NCBI GenBank assembly: GCA_904420535.1
Contig: CAJFVQ010000009.1
Location: 7,694-71,693 of the forward strand
Source of the DNA: Candidatus Cryptoclostridium obscurum
GTDB taxonomy: Bacteria; Bacillota; Dehalobacteriia; UBA7702
Length of the DNA: 64,000 nt
Direction: 5' to 3'
The position numbers and the translations under genes are program-made. Under the pieces are notes generated by a model. It was not told the origin of the DNA and did no database searches. It saw only the letters and a list, made by a program, of their open reading frames with translations. Below, piece by piece: positions 10,290 through 18,971 of the stretch; positions within the stretch are counted from its first letter, which is position 1, and each line of letters opens with the position of its first letter.

Positions 10290-10419
10290 AAAGATTTCCT
10301 TTCTCTTGAAGTTATTTTGTATCATAAAATAAGCAAAGTTTTCCTTTGCCTTATATTATAGCATAGGATTGTGATTTTTGAATCGTTATCTTTTCCTCAC
10401 GGAAAAAGTATGTTTTTCC

Positions 10420-10448
10420 TTGACAAAACATAGGAAAGCCATTATAAT
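10420..10448 (+). promoter_or_regulatory. consensus sigma-A promoter for rplU-rpmA, followed by ~85 nt leader
   Basis: TTGACA, a 17 nt spacer, then TATAAT. An L21-leader-type region lies between the promoter and rplU. Confidence 0.5.
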
Positions 10449-10533
10449 TATAATGTTCGTTTCAACCGCATCTCATGGGCTTTAAGTGGAGCGATCCCCC
10501 CGACGAGAGCGAGTATAAACAGGAGGTATTTCA

Positions 10534-10845
10534 ATGTACGCAATTATTGAAACCGGCAGCAAACAGTATAAAGTTGCCGTGGGTGACAAGATCAAAGTTG
10601 AAAAATTAGCGCTGGAAGAAGGCGCTGAAGTCACTTTTGAACAGGTTCTTTCCGTAATGACTGATGATGGGTTAAAGATTGGTACTCCCACTGTGGACGG
10701 AGCCAAAGTCAAGGGTGAAGTTGTTTCCCAGGGTAAACATAAAAAAGTAACTGTTGTTCATTACAAGCCCAAAAAGAACATCCATACCAAAAACGGTCAT
10801 CGTCAACCCTATACCGAAGTTTTGGTGAAGGATATCACATTATAA
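10534..10845 (+). CDS. rplU: 50S ribosomal protein L21
   Basis: MYAIIETGSKQYKVAVGDKIKVEKL. RBS ACAGGAGG. Confidence 0.9.
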   Translation: MYAIIETGSKQYKVAVGDKIKVEKLALEEGAEVTFEQVLSVMTDDGLKIGTPTVDGAKVKGEVVSQGKHKKVTVVHYKPKKNIHTKNGHRQPYTEVLVKDITL

Positions 10846-10860
10846 GGAGGTGGGATTTTA

Positions 10861-11127
10861 ATGGCACATAAAAAAGCAGGCGGTAGTTCGAAAAACGGTC
10901 GCGACAGCAAACCGAAAATGCTTGGTCTCAAACGCCATGACGGTCAGTATGTGACCGCTGGAAGCATCATTGTGAGACAACGGGGAACCAAATTCCACCC
11001 CGGTCATAATGTTGGTCTTGGCGGAGATGATACACTCTTCGCAAAAATGGATGGTTATGTAAGTTTTGAAACTGTTAGCCATACCAGAAAGCAAGTCAGC
11101 ATTTATGCTGAAAGAAAAGCAAACTAA
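10861..11127 (+). CDS. rpmA: 50S ribosomal protein L27 (no N-terminal pro-peptide, no prp gene between L21 and L27)
   Basis: [24 protein letters not shown]...HPGHNVG. RBS AAGGAGG. Confidence 0.9.
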   Translation: MAHKKAGGSSKNGRDSKPKMLGLKRHDGQYVTAGSIIVRQRGTKFHPGHNVGLGGDDTLFAKMDGYVSFETVSHTRKQVSIYAERKAN

Positions 11128-11133
11128 GGATGT

Positions 11134-11167
11134 AAGTCGGAGCGTTTTACGCTCCGACTTATTTTTT
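11134..11167 (+). terminator. rho-independent terminator after rpmA
   Basis: AAGTCGGAGCG-tttta-CGCTCCGACTT followed by ATTTTTT. Confidence 0.65.
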
Positions 11168-11214
11168 AAAATGGAAGTGCCCGCTTTCTGCAAGAGGGCG
11201 CAAGGAGTGGATTT

Positions 11215-12486
11215 ATGTTTTATGACAGAGCGAAAATATTCCTAAAAGCTGGCGACGGCGGCAATGGTATCGTTGCCTTTCGCCGAGAAAAATACGTGCC
11301 TGAGGGGGGACCTAACGGTGGCGACGGCGGACGCGGCGGCAGTATCTACTTTATTGCCGATCATAATCTTCATACCCTCTTGGATTTTAAAATGAAGCAG
11401 CATTATAAAGCGCCGAAAGGCGAAAATGGACAGAGCTCTAATAAGATCGGGAAATCGGGAAAGGACATCTATTTGCGAGTTCCCTTGGGAACCATTGTTC
11501 GTTTTGACGGCCAGGAGGAAGTCTTCGCCGATTTGGTGGAGGACGGACAAAAGGTCAAAGTCGTCAGCGGCGGTCGCGGAGGTAAGGGAAATGCCCGTTT
11601 TGCCTCGAATCGCGATAAATCACCGATGATCGCCGAAAAAGGGGAACCGGGAGAGGAAGCTTGGATCCGCTTGGAATTGAAAGTCTTAGCCGATGTGGGC
11701 TTGGTCGGAATGCCCAATGCTGGGAAATCTACTTTTATTTCCCGGGTTTCCGCGGCAAAACCTAAAATTGCCGACTATCCATTTACCACTTTGGAGCCGA
11801 ATTTGGGCATTGTAAATCTCGGTGATGAACAGACCTTTTGCATTGCCGATGTTCCCGGTTTGATTGAAAACGCCCATGAAGGCGCAGGGCTGGGCCATTA
11901 TTTTTTGCGTCATTTGGAACGCACCAAAGTGATGATTCACCTTTTGGATATGTCGGGTCAAGAGGGCCGGGATCCCTTGGAGGATTTTGAGATCGTCAGT
12001 CGTGAACTGGAAAAATACAAAGAGGAATTGGGGAAAAAACCGCGGATCATCGCGGCCAATAAAATGGATTTGCCTGATTCTGCAGAGAACCTTCGCCGTT
12101 TGCGGGAAAGATACGGAGATCGTTTCGAGATATTCCCGATCTCCGCGGTGCAAGGAGAGAATCTGAAAAAGGTTTTGTATCGTGCTTATGAGATCGTCCA
12201 GAATGCGCCTAAAGAGGAACCGGTCGCTCCGGAAGAAATCAAAGTGACGACCATGAAAGAGCGAAAACCCTTTACCATTTATCGCGATCCCTGGGGATAT
12301 CTCCACGTGGAAGGCGATGAAGTGAAAAAGTGGATCGCCATGACAGATTTTGAAAATGAAGACGCTGTTCGCCGTCTCCAGCGGATTTTCAAAGCCATGG
12401 GATTAGATGACGCCCTACGGGAAGCCGGCGCTGTAGAGGGCGATACCATTGTCGTGTATGATCTGGAATTTGATTACGCCGAATAA
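11215..12486 (+). CDS. obg: GTPase Obg
   Basis: Obg fold N-terminus DGGNGIVAFRREKYVPEGGPNGGDGGRGG, G-domain motifs GMPNAGKST and DVPGLIE, and a C-terminal OCT/TGS-like domain. Confidence 0.9.
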   Translation: MFYDRAKIFLKAGDGGNGIVAFRREKYVPEGGPNGGDGGRGGSIYFIADHNLHTLLDFKMKQHYKAPKGENGQSSNKIGKSGKDIYLRVPLGTIVRFDGQEEVFADLVEDGQKVKVVSGGRGGKGNARFASNRDKSPMIAEKGEPGEEAWIRLELKVLADVGLVGMPNAGKSTFISRVSAAKPKIADYPFTTLEPNLGIVNLGDEQTFCIADVPGLIENAHEGAGLGHYFLRHLERTKVMIHLLDMSGQEGRDPLEDFEIVSRELEKYKEELGKKPRIIAANKMDLPDSAENLRRLRERYGDRFEIFPISAVQGENLKKVLYRAYEIVQNAPKEEPVAPEEIKVTTMKERKPFTIYRDPWGYLHVEGDEVKKWIAMTDFENEDAVRRLQRIFKAMGLDDALREAGAVEGDTIVVYDLEFDYAE

Positions 12487-12512
12487 CGTGTTGATAAAGG
12501 AGCAAATCACAA

Positions 12513-12809
12513 ATGACGTTAAAAGGAAAACAGAAAAGCTATCTCAGAAGTATGGCCATGACCATGGATGCTATCTTTCAAATCGGTAAAGAGGGAATTG
12601 GCGATCATTTTGTGAAGCAGTTAGATGATGCCTTGGAGGCCAGGGAATTGATTAAAATAAAAATTCTTAAAAATTCTGCGGAGGAGGCCAAAGAAGCGGG
12701 AGAATCGCTGGCAAAGGAACTTAACGCGGAGTTGGTGCAGATCATTGGCCGTTGCATTGTGTTATATCGCAAATCAAGGAAAAAACCAAAAATTGAACTG
12801 CCTCTTTGA
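12513..12809 (+). CDS. yhbY: RNA-binding protein YhbY (CRS1/YhbY domain)
   Basis: KQKSYLRSMAMTMDAIFQIGKEGIG...ELIKIKIL conserved CRM-domain pattern, 98 aa. Confidence 0.8.
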   Translation: MTLKGKQKSYLRSMAMTMDAIFQIGKEGIGDHFVKQLDDALEARELIKIKILKNSAEEAKEAGESLAKELNAELVQIIGRCIVLYRKSRKKPKIELPL

Positions 12810-12850
12810 CTCTGGATAACCTATAAAAGAAATCGAAGGAATTTATCAGT

Positions 12851-12886
12851 AAAGGACTGCCTAATATTGTAGGGCAGTCCTTTTAA
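12851..12886. terminator. bidirectional terminator between yhbY and the convergent SpoIIM-like gene
   Basis: AAAGGACTGCCTA/TAGGGCAGTCCTTT, a 13 bp stem. Confidence 0.55.
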
Positions 12887-12941
12887 TGTAATAGAATAGA
12901 TATCAAGGATAGAAAGATAACGAATAAAAAAGAGAAACATT

Positions 12942-14060
12942 TTACATAAACAAGAGGATTGCGTAAGGAGTAATGTAGGCTTCGATCAAAGCCGCGATCA
13001 ATACCAGCGGGAGAATGAGTAACAGATAGGTTCGAATGGTATCGGCCAACATCGGCAGGATCGGTGTCTCATGAATGATGCGTCGTATGAGTTGAATACA
13101 AAGGGATACACCGAGAGACGCTGCCACAATCATGGTGGGAATTTCCACAATGCCGTGGGGCAAAAGTCCAGCTAATAGTAGACCGAGATCGATTCCCTGT
13201 TCGAGGAAGGTGATACAAAATGCTCCGATGGCAAAACAATTCACCAATAAGTAAAACAACGGCATAAAAATAAAAGGCAGTAAACCGGAAAAAGCAATCA
13301 GGCCGTTGGCCCTTAGGTTATTGAGAAAAATGAAACGGAACATGTCAAAAGAGTCGTAACCTGCCAAGGGCTCATTGTTGCTGTTTTCGTCTTCTGATCC
13401 CGTGGTCGTTGTAGGTTCATCAGAGGTCTGGTAGGATTCGGCTTCTTCCACCACTGTTTCCATCATGGCATTGAAATAATTTTGGACCTCCTGATGGTTG
13501 GAAAGCCATGCAAAGGAAAGGACCATGGCAAATAGGAAGAACAGGGCGGTAAATATGACAGGTTTTACTAACTGCGGTAGGAATTGCTTTTCTTTGCGAA
13601 GCTGTTCCTTAAAAAGATTCCTTTGTGACTGTCCCTTCTCAAAAATGGCGATGGTAGGGGAGGCGACGTCTTCCCTATCGTTATCGTTTCTCCGAGGTTC
13701 ATATCCCATTGCCATGATGCTTTTGGTATGTTCTTCTGAAAGGAAGAATGTTTCTAAACGGTAATGCCGTGATGGAAATTTGATCTCCGCTGCTGCGATC
13801 ACATCGTTTTCCCGCTGTGGGGATTCCATAAAAATCGGTCCCAAACGGCATTGATCCTTAGATATTTTTTGAACGGGGAGAAAACCGACGACTGCTTTTC
13901 CTTGAGTGATAAAAAAGTAGTGATTTCCTTTTTTTCCCATTGTTTCTCTGATTGCGGCAATGGAATCGACGTTGTTATGGGACTCTAAGATCGACTGTTG
14001 GATCTCCTGTATTTTAGGGGCATCTTTTTCCACTGCTGGGCGTAGAGTGATTCGTTTCAT
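12942..14060 (-). CDS. fusion protein: GNAT-like N-terminal domain plus SpoIIM/DUF95-like multi-TM C-terminal domain
   Basis: The N-terminal ~160 aa are soluble (ITLRPAVEKDAPKIQEI...HYFFITQGKAVVGFLPV). The C-terminal ~190 aa carry DUF95/SpoIIM-like TM helices (LVNCFAIGAFCITFLEQGIDLGLLLAGLLPHGIVEIPTMIVAASLG), separated by an acidic linker. Confidence 0.5.
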   Translation of the reverse strand: MKRITLRPAVEKDAPKIQEIQQSILESHNNVDSIAAIRETMGKKGNHYFFITQGKAVVGFLPVQKISKDQCRLGPIFMESPQRENDVIAAAEIKFPSRHYRLETFFLSEEHTKSIMAMGYEPRRNDNDREDVASPTIAIFEKGQSQRNLFKEQLRKEKQFLPQLVKPVIFTALFFLFAMVLSFAWLSNHQEVQNYFNAMMETVVEEAESYQTSDEPTTTTGSEDENSNNEPLAGYDSFDMFRFIFLNNLRANGLIAFSGLLPFIFMPLFYLLVNCFAIGAFCITFLEQGIDLGLLLAGLLPHGIVEIPTMIVAASLGVSLCIQLIRRIIHETPILPMLADTIRTYLLLILPLVLIAALIEAYITPYAILLFM

Positions 14061-14575
14061 ATTCTTCCATACATTCCTTTACAAATTTGGGAGAACTTTG
14101 TGGCCTCTTCCGACGCTGGTGCTATTCCTTCCTTTAAGAAAACGGCGAATCACCGTTCTTATACTCTCTCTTACATCGATGACATAACCGTCGGAATTAT
14201 AAAAACAGAGTCCGTACTGGTTCCGGTGGTGTACCAGTTTTAAATGTCATGAGTTTACTTTTTGCAAACAGGAGTCGGAATCTTCTTCCTCAAAATAGAG
14301 TACGCCGCGTAGCACTTTGTGGGGATTTCTTCGGGATTTTTCCTGAAATTTCTGCTATGTTCGATGGCTTCTAAGGCCAAACTACCCTAGAAAGTAATGT
14401 TTGCACCGACGTAGAAAATCTCTTTTTGTTTCAATACCTTTTCATAAAATTTCTGGGAACTGCGATGTCTTTGGCAGCAATCAATAGGCATTGGAATTTC
14501 ATGATTTCCTCCTGTAAAATCCTTTTGGCTACGGTGTATTTTATCATAACTTCTCAGTGATTACCAGTAAATATT

Positions 14576-14613
14576 ACAACTTAAGCCGTTTCATAAGAAA
14601 CGGCTTAAGTTGT
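14576..14613 (-). terminator. terminator of the ABC importer operon
   Basis: ACAACTTAAGCCGTTTC-ataa-GAAACGGCTTAAGTTGT 17 bp perfect palindrome just downstream of the ATPase stop. Confidence 0.6.
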
Positions 14614-14625
14614 TTGGTTTCAGTT

Positions 14626-15381
14626 TTACCACTTTTCCAAAAGACTTTTCATCCAGGCCTTGATATCAATGCCGTAAGTTTCTTCTAAAGCGTCGCCTTC
14701 AAAAATGGTATTGCTTCCACCGTAAGCCACCATGCGGCCGGCTTTCATCAATAGAACTTTGTCTGCAAAATCTCTTACCATATTAAGATCATGCAACACG
14801 CCGATGACACCACGGCGATTTTCTGAAGACCAGACTTTAAGAAATTCTAATAATTCTAACTGATGACGAATATCGAGATGATTGGTGGGCTCGTCCAATA
14901 GAATCAGTTCCGGATCTTGGGCTAAGGCTTTTGCCAAAAAAACGCGCTGCATCTGACCACCGGATAATTGTGTAATGGGCTTATCCTTAATTTCCATGAG
15001 ATTTACTTCTTCCATGCAGTGGTCCACGAATTCTTTATCCTCGGTGGATAAGGTCCCGAAACGGCTTTTTTGGTGAGCGTAACGACCCAAAGCCACTGCT
15101 TCGTAGACAGTATAAGAAAAGTATGTTGCTGAACTAACCTGGGCCATGAGCGCTATTTTTTGAGAGATCTCTCGTCGCTTCATTGTGCGGATTTCCTGTT
15201 GGTCCAGGGTTACACTCCCCTCGTAGGGAAGGAGATCTGTAATACCCCGCAATAGTGTCGTTTTCCCACACCCGTTAGGGCCGATAATACAGAGGATTTC
15301 GCCGCGATTCAGAGAAAAACTAATATCGTTAACGATTTTTGCATCCTGGTAACCACAGCTGATATGTTTCACTTCAAGCAT
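14626..15381 (-). CDS. ABC transporter ATP-binding protein (FecE/BtuD-type iron-siderophore/cobalamin importer)
   Basis: Walker A GPNGCGKTT, signature LSGGQMQRV, Walker B LILLDEPT. Confidence 0.85.
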   Translation of the reverse strand: MLEVKHISCGYQDAKIVNDISFSLNRGEILCIIGPNGCGKTTLLRGITDLLPYEGSVTLDQQEIRTMKRREISQKIALMAQVSSATYFSYTVYEAVALGRYAHQKSRFGTLSTEDKEFVDHCMEEVNLMEIKDKPITQLSGGQMQRVFLAKALAQDPELILLDEPTNHLDIRHQLELLEFLKVWSSENRRGVIGVLHDLNMVRDFADKVLLMKAGRMVAYGGSNTIFEGDALEETYGIDIKAWMKSLLEKW

Positions 15382-15411
15382 AAAATACCTGCTTCCCGTT
15401 GTGATATTGAT

Positions 15412-16434
15412 TTAAGAGTTGCGAACCTTCTCTTTTTTGAAAAATACGTAGGCAAAAAATGGAGCGCCGATGAGAGCAGAAATAACGCTGACAGGAATTT
15501 CCGAGGATGGCACCAGCGTTCTGGAGATAAGGTCCGCAATGACCATGAAGATACCTCCAAAAAAAATGGACATAGGCAGAACATAACGGTGTGACGAACC
15601 GAAAATTTTGCGGACCACATGGGGCGCAATGAGATCCAGAAACCCAATTACACCGGCGAATGCTACGGCACTGCCGGTCAATATCCCAGTAAGGCCCAGC
15701 AAAATCCATTTTACTTTTTCTGTTTCCACACCTGCTGCCTTGGCTTGTTCTTCTCCAAAAGTGAGTATATCCATTTCCCGTACATAGAACATTAAACCAA
15801 TGATTCCGATGAGAAAAAATGGCAAAATACCGCCAACGTATTTCCATCCTTTTAATGCGAAGGAACCCATTTGCCAAAGCACAATAGATTCAAGATTTTC
15901 TCTGAAAAGGGCGGTCAACGCCTGAAGCAGTGCATTGATAAATAGGGAAAAAACCATCCCAGTTAAGACAATGGTGTTATTGCTCATGTTAGGATCGATT
16001 TTACTCGCCAACAAAACACTGCCAAAAACTGTGGCCAGACCAAAAATCAGGCCGACCAAAGGCAGGGTGAAGATTCCAATCCCTGATAATGATAATCCTG
16101 AAATAATAATAAGTCCTGCCCCCAATGAGGCCCCGGAACTAACCCCTAATGTAAAAGGAGAAGCCAAGGGATTCCGCAGAACTGATTGTACAACAGTGCC
16201 GCTGGCAGCCAATGCCCCGCCAACGAAAAACGCCAGAAGAACTCTTGGTAAACGGAGTTGCCATACAATAGCAACCTCATTATCGGAGATTCCACTGTTT
16301 AATGGGATTTGAAACAGCTTGTTTCCCAAAATAGAAAAAGTGTGAAGGGGAGAGATTGTTTGACTACCAATACAAACGGATAAAAGAATGATCACAAGGG
16401 TCAGAATCAAGCTGATGATAATTTTTTTCTTCAT
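15412..16434 (-). CDS. FecCD-family ABC importer permease (BtuC/FhuB-like)
   Basis: About 10 TM helices with FecCD motifs LRLPRVLLAFFVGGALAASG and GIIGFLDLIAPHVVR. Confidence 0.85.
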   Translation of the reverse strand: MKKKIIISLILTLVIILLSVCIGSQTISPLHTFSILGNKLFQIPLNSGISDNEVAIVWQLRLPRVLLAFFVGGALAASGTVVQSVLRNPLASPFTLGVSSGASLGAGLIIISGLSLSGIGIFTLPLVGLIFGLATVFGSVLLASKIDPNMSNNTIVLTGMVFSLFINALLQALTALFRENLESIVLWQMGSFALKGWKYVGGILPFFLIGIIGLMFYVREMDILTFGEEQAKAAGVETEKVKWILLGLTGILTGSAVAFAGVIGFLDLIAPHVVRKIFGSSHRYVLPMSIFFGGIFMVIADLISRTLVPSSEIPVSVISALIGAPFFAYVFFKKEKVRNS

Positions 16435-16462
16435 GATTGAGTATGCTTATGAACCTTTCCCT

Positions 16463-17392
16463 TTAATTGTAATATTCTGGGTAGATTGCTTTTGCAATTT
16501 CATTCATTGCTTTTACCACATTTTGAGTAGGACGGGAAGATGCATTTGCTTCTACCAAATAGACCTCACCATTGGCCACGGCGGGAATAGTGTTCCAACC
16601 GTCTCTTCCCTTAATTTCGTCGACTTGGTTGTCCATATAATCGACATTCGTAATAATGACATCAGGTGCTTTCGTAATGATGGTTTCGGCATTAGGTGAA
16701 ATCCATCCTTCTTCATCGCTAAAGACGTTTTCAGCACCACAGAGCTCTATAATTTCGTTGAGAAAATTTCCGGTACCAAAAGTTGTGATATTCGGTGCCG
16801 GGGCTAATTCAAAATAGACGGTTTTTTTATCGGTAATCGTTTCTCCGATGGCCGCAATTTCATCAATGGATGCCTGCATATTTTCTGTCATGCTTTGAGC
16901 GGTGTCTTCTTTGTTGACCACTTCTCCCAGAAATTCTATATCATCCATGATGCCTTCCAAAGACACGGAATTATCCATATAAATAACGGTAACGCCTTGT
17001 TCCACTAAGGTTCGATAAGGATCATCATCGTTTAATTGACTGTTGCTGGAAGCAATAAGAATTTGAGGATCCAGAGACATTAGCATCTCAATGTCGGGTG
17101 ACATTGTGTCAAAAGTGGGCAAGTCTTTGTCAATACCATCTACATCGGTGCTGTAGTTGTCAACTGCTACTAACTTATCGGCAGCGCCCAAACCGGCTAT
17201 GATTTCTGTTGCAGAGGGGGTTGCGCCAACGATTTTAGTTGCATTGGTGGGAATGGTGTATTCCTGCCCATTGTAAACTACGACTTTTTGGTTTTCATTG
17301 GCCTGATTCTCTGATGTCTCCTCATCTGAGCTACAAGCCATCAATAAACAACATAGTATTACTGTCACAATGGACATAAGTAGTTTTTTCAT
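16463..17392 (-). CDS. periplasmic-binding-protein lipoprotein of the iron-siderophore/cobalamin (class III) family
   Basis: Lipoprotein signal MKKLLMSIVTVILCCLLMAC|SS and a class III SBP fold. RBS AGGAGG. Confidence 0.8.
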   Translation of the reverse strand: MKKLLMSIVTVILCCLLMACSSDEETSENQANENQKVVVYNGQEYTIPTNATKIVGATPSATEIIAGLGAADKLVAVDNYSTDVDGIDKDLPTFDTMSPDIEMLMSLDPQILIASSNSQLNDDDPYRTLVEQGVTVIYMDNSVSLEGIMDDIEFLGEVVNKEDTAQSMTENMQASIDEIAAIGETITDKKTVYFELAPAPNITTFGTGNFLNEIIELCGAENVFSDEEGWISPNAETIITKAPDVIITNVDYMDNQVDEIKGRDGWNTIPAVANGEVYLVEANASSRPTQNVVKAMNEIAKAIYPEYYN

Positions 17393-17983
17393 TTTCAGCC
17401 TCCTAATAATGATTTCGTGGTCATAACGATCATATTTTTCTAATGAATAGAAAAATCAACAGAAACAGTATACTCTTTTCTTATATAAAAGTAAACGGAT
17501 TTACAACAATTTTAGCAAATGTTTTAAAGATATCGAGAGATTTCTGTCAAATTAGAATTGAAAGTAGTTTATAGGTGCTCTTTCTGTTGGCGAAAAAGAA
17601 TGGTATTATATAATTATATAAACAAAGTGATAGAAATGTTATGACAAAAGTCTATATCACATAGCTCCGTACTATAGATTTGAACGATGAGATGGAAAAG
17701 GTGTTCGGAGGAAAGTAGAGGTTGGATCGTATCGAGAAAAGAGGTTGTGTCTCTATGTGGAAGAAGGTAATAAGATAAGAATATAATATGAAAGCTTTTT
17801 GTGGTATCATATTGGCATCCAGGGTCAATGGAGAAACCAATGATTGACCATATACCTGTTGTGGGGCATATAATTGCAGTAGACCGATACAATGAAAGTG
17901 GGAAATGGATAGGAGAATTTAACAACTCCGGCAAAGTAAAGGCAGCTACCTTCCATTTTAAAAAACAGATTTTTCTTTCAAAA

Positions 17984-18011
17984 AAAGAGTCGGTCAATGG
18001 ACCGACTCTTT
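17984..18011 (-). terminator. terminator after the corrinoid protein gene
   Basis: AAAGAGTCGGTC-aatg-GACCGACTCTTT. On the minus strand it is followed by TTTTTTT. Confidence 0.6.
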
Positions 18012-18031
18012 TAATAACTAATAACTTAAAC

Positions 18032-18664
18032 TTAGCAACCCAAGAGTTTTTTGCAGAGGTCGCAAGCGGTAGCAGCATCAGGAGCAAAACCGTCAGCACC
18101 GATTTCATCAGCAAATTCCTGGGAAACAGGTGCGCCACCAACGATCAATTTTACATCGTTCATGCCAGCTTCTTTGAAGCAGTCAACAGTTTCTTTCATG
18201 GCCAACATGGTGGTGGTCAACAAAGCGGACATCGCAACGATTTTAGCACCGCTGTCTTTGGCAGCTTTGAGGAAATCTTCAGGAGCAACGTCGATACCAA
18301 CGTTTACTACGGTGAAGCCGGTGGATTCGAGCATCATACCGACCAAGTTTTTGCCGATGTCATGCAAGTCACCTTTAACGGTACCGAGAACAACTTTACC
18401 CAAGGAAGGCATATCATCGCCACCGAGGAGGGGTTTTACCAATTCAACACCAGCGCCCATTGCTTTTGCAGCCATGAGAACTTCAGGAACAAACATTTCG
18501 CCAGCTTTGAAGCGGGGACCAACGATGTTCATGCCGCCGATGAGACCTTCGTTGATGATATCGAGGGGAGCAGTACCGGCATCGATCAATTCTTGAACTT
18601 GACCTTTGATTTCGCCTAAGTTACCAGTGATAACGCATTGTGCTACGGATTCTAAAGTTGCCAT
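18032..18664 (-). CDS. corrinoid (cobalamin-binding) protein, MtaC/MttC-like B12-binding domain
   Basis: B12-binding-2 cap helix N-terminus, then the DxHxxG cobalamin-ligand motif GDLHDIGKNLV, then a Rossmann-like B12-binding fold (GAKIVAMSALLTTTM...VKLIVGGAPV). Start chosen at MATLESV with AAGGAGG. Confidence 0.75.
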   Translation of the reverse strand: MATLESVAQCVITGNLGEIKGQVQELIDAGTAPLDIINEGLIGGMNIVGPRFKAGEMFVPEVLMAAKAMGAGVELVKPLLGGDDMPSLGKVVLGTVKGDLHDIGKNLVGMMLESTGFTVVNVGIDVAPEDFLKAAKDSGAKIVAMSALLTTTMLAMKETVDCFKEAGMNDVKLIVGGAPVSQEFADEIGADGFAPDAATACDLCKKLLGC

Positions 18665-18971
18665 TAGAATTACCTCCTTATTTTTACGTGCCTTTTTCTC
18701 TATGGCACATTTCTTTGTTGTAAATATTATCACAAAAATATCATAAAAGGTAAAGGGTGAAATTGCAATTTTTTGGTTTATTTTTTTTACATTGGAGGTG
18801 TAATTTTTTGACTTTTGGTGATTTCTTGATTAGGGATCGCTGTCAATAAAAATTATGATACAATTTGGCGTTTTTTGTGATAAAAAATCTGTAATTTTTA
18901 AGTGTCCATGCAACCTTTCTTGCCATTCCGCATATGGTTTTAAAGTAAATTTTTTAAAGGAAGGTGCATCC

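Noticed and set aside
11686-12306. 206 aa minus-strand ORF inside obg
   Set aside because: It is antisense to the unambiguous Obg GTPase gene.
17393-17800. Cobalamin riboswitch expected upstream of the BtuFCD-like importer
   Set aside because: No B12-box (rc CAGTGGC on the plus strand) or other conserved cobalamin-aptamer elements are visible. The region is simply AT-rich.
17614-18141. 175 aa minus-strand ORF in an AT-rich intergenic region
   Set aside because: No RBS and low-complexity, Leu/Phe/Ile-rich translation typical of AT-rich non-coding DNA. It overlaps the corrinoid gene terminator.
17801-18619. 272 aa plus-strand ORF in the ORF track
   Set aside because: It lies antisense to the well-supported corrinoid-protein gene (18032-18664, minus strand) and has low-complexity composition with no RBS. 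It is a shadow ORF.
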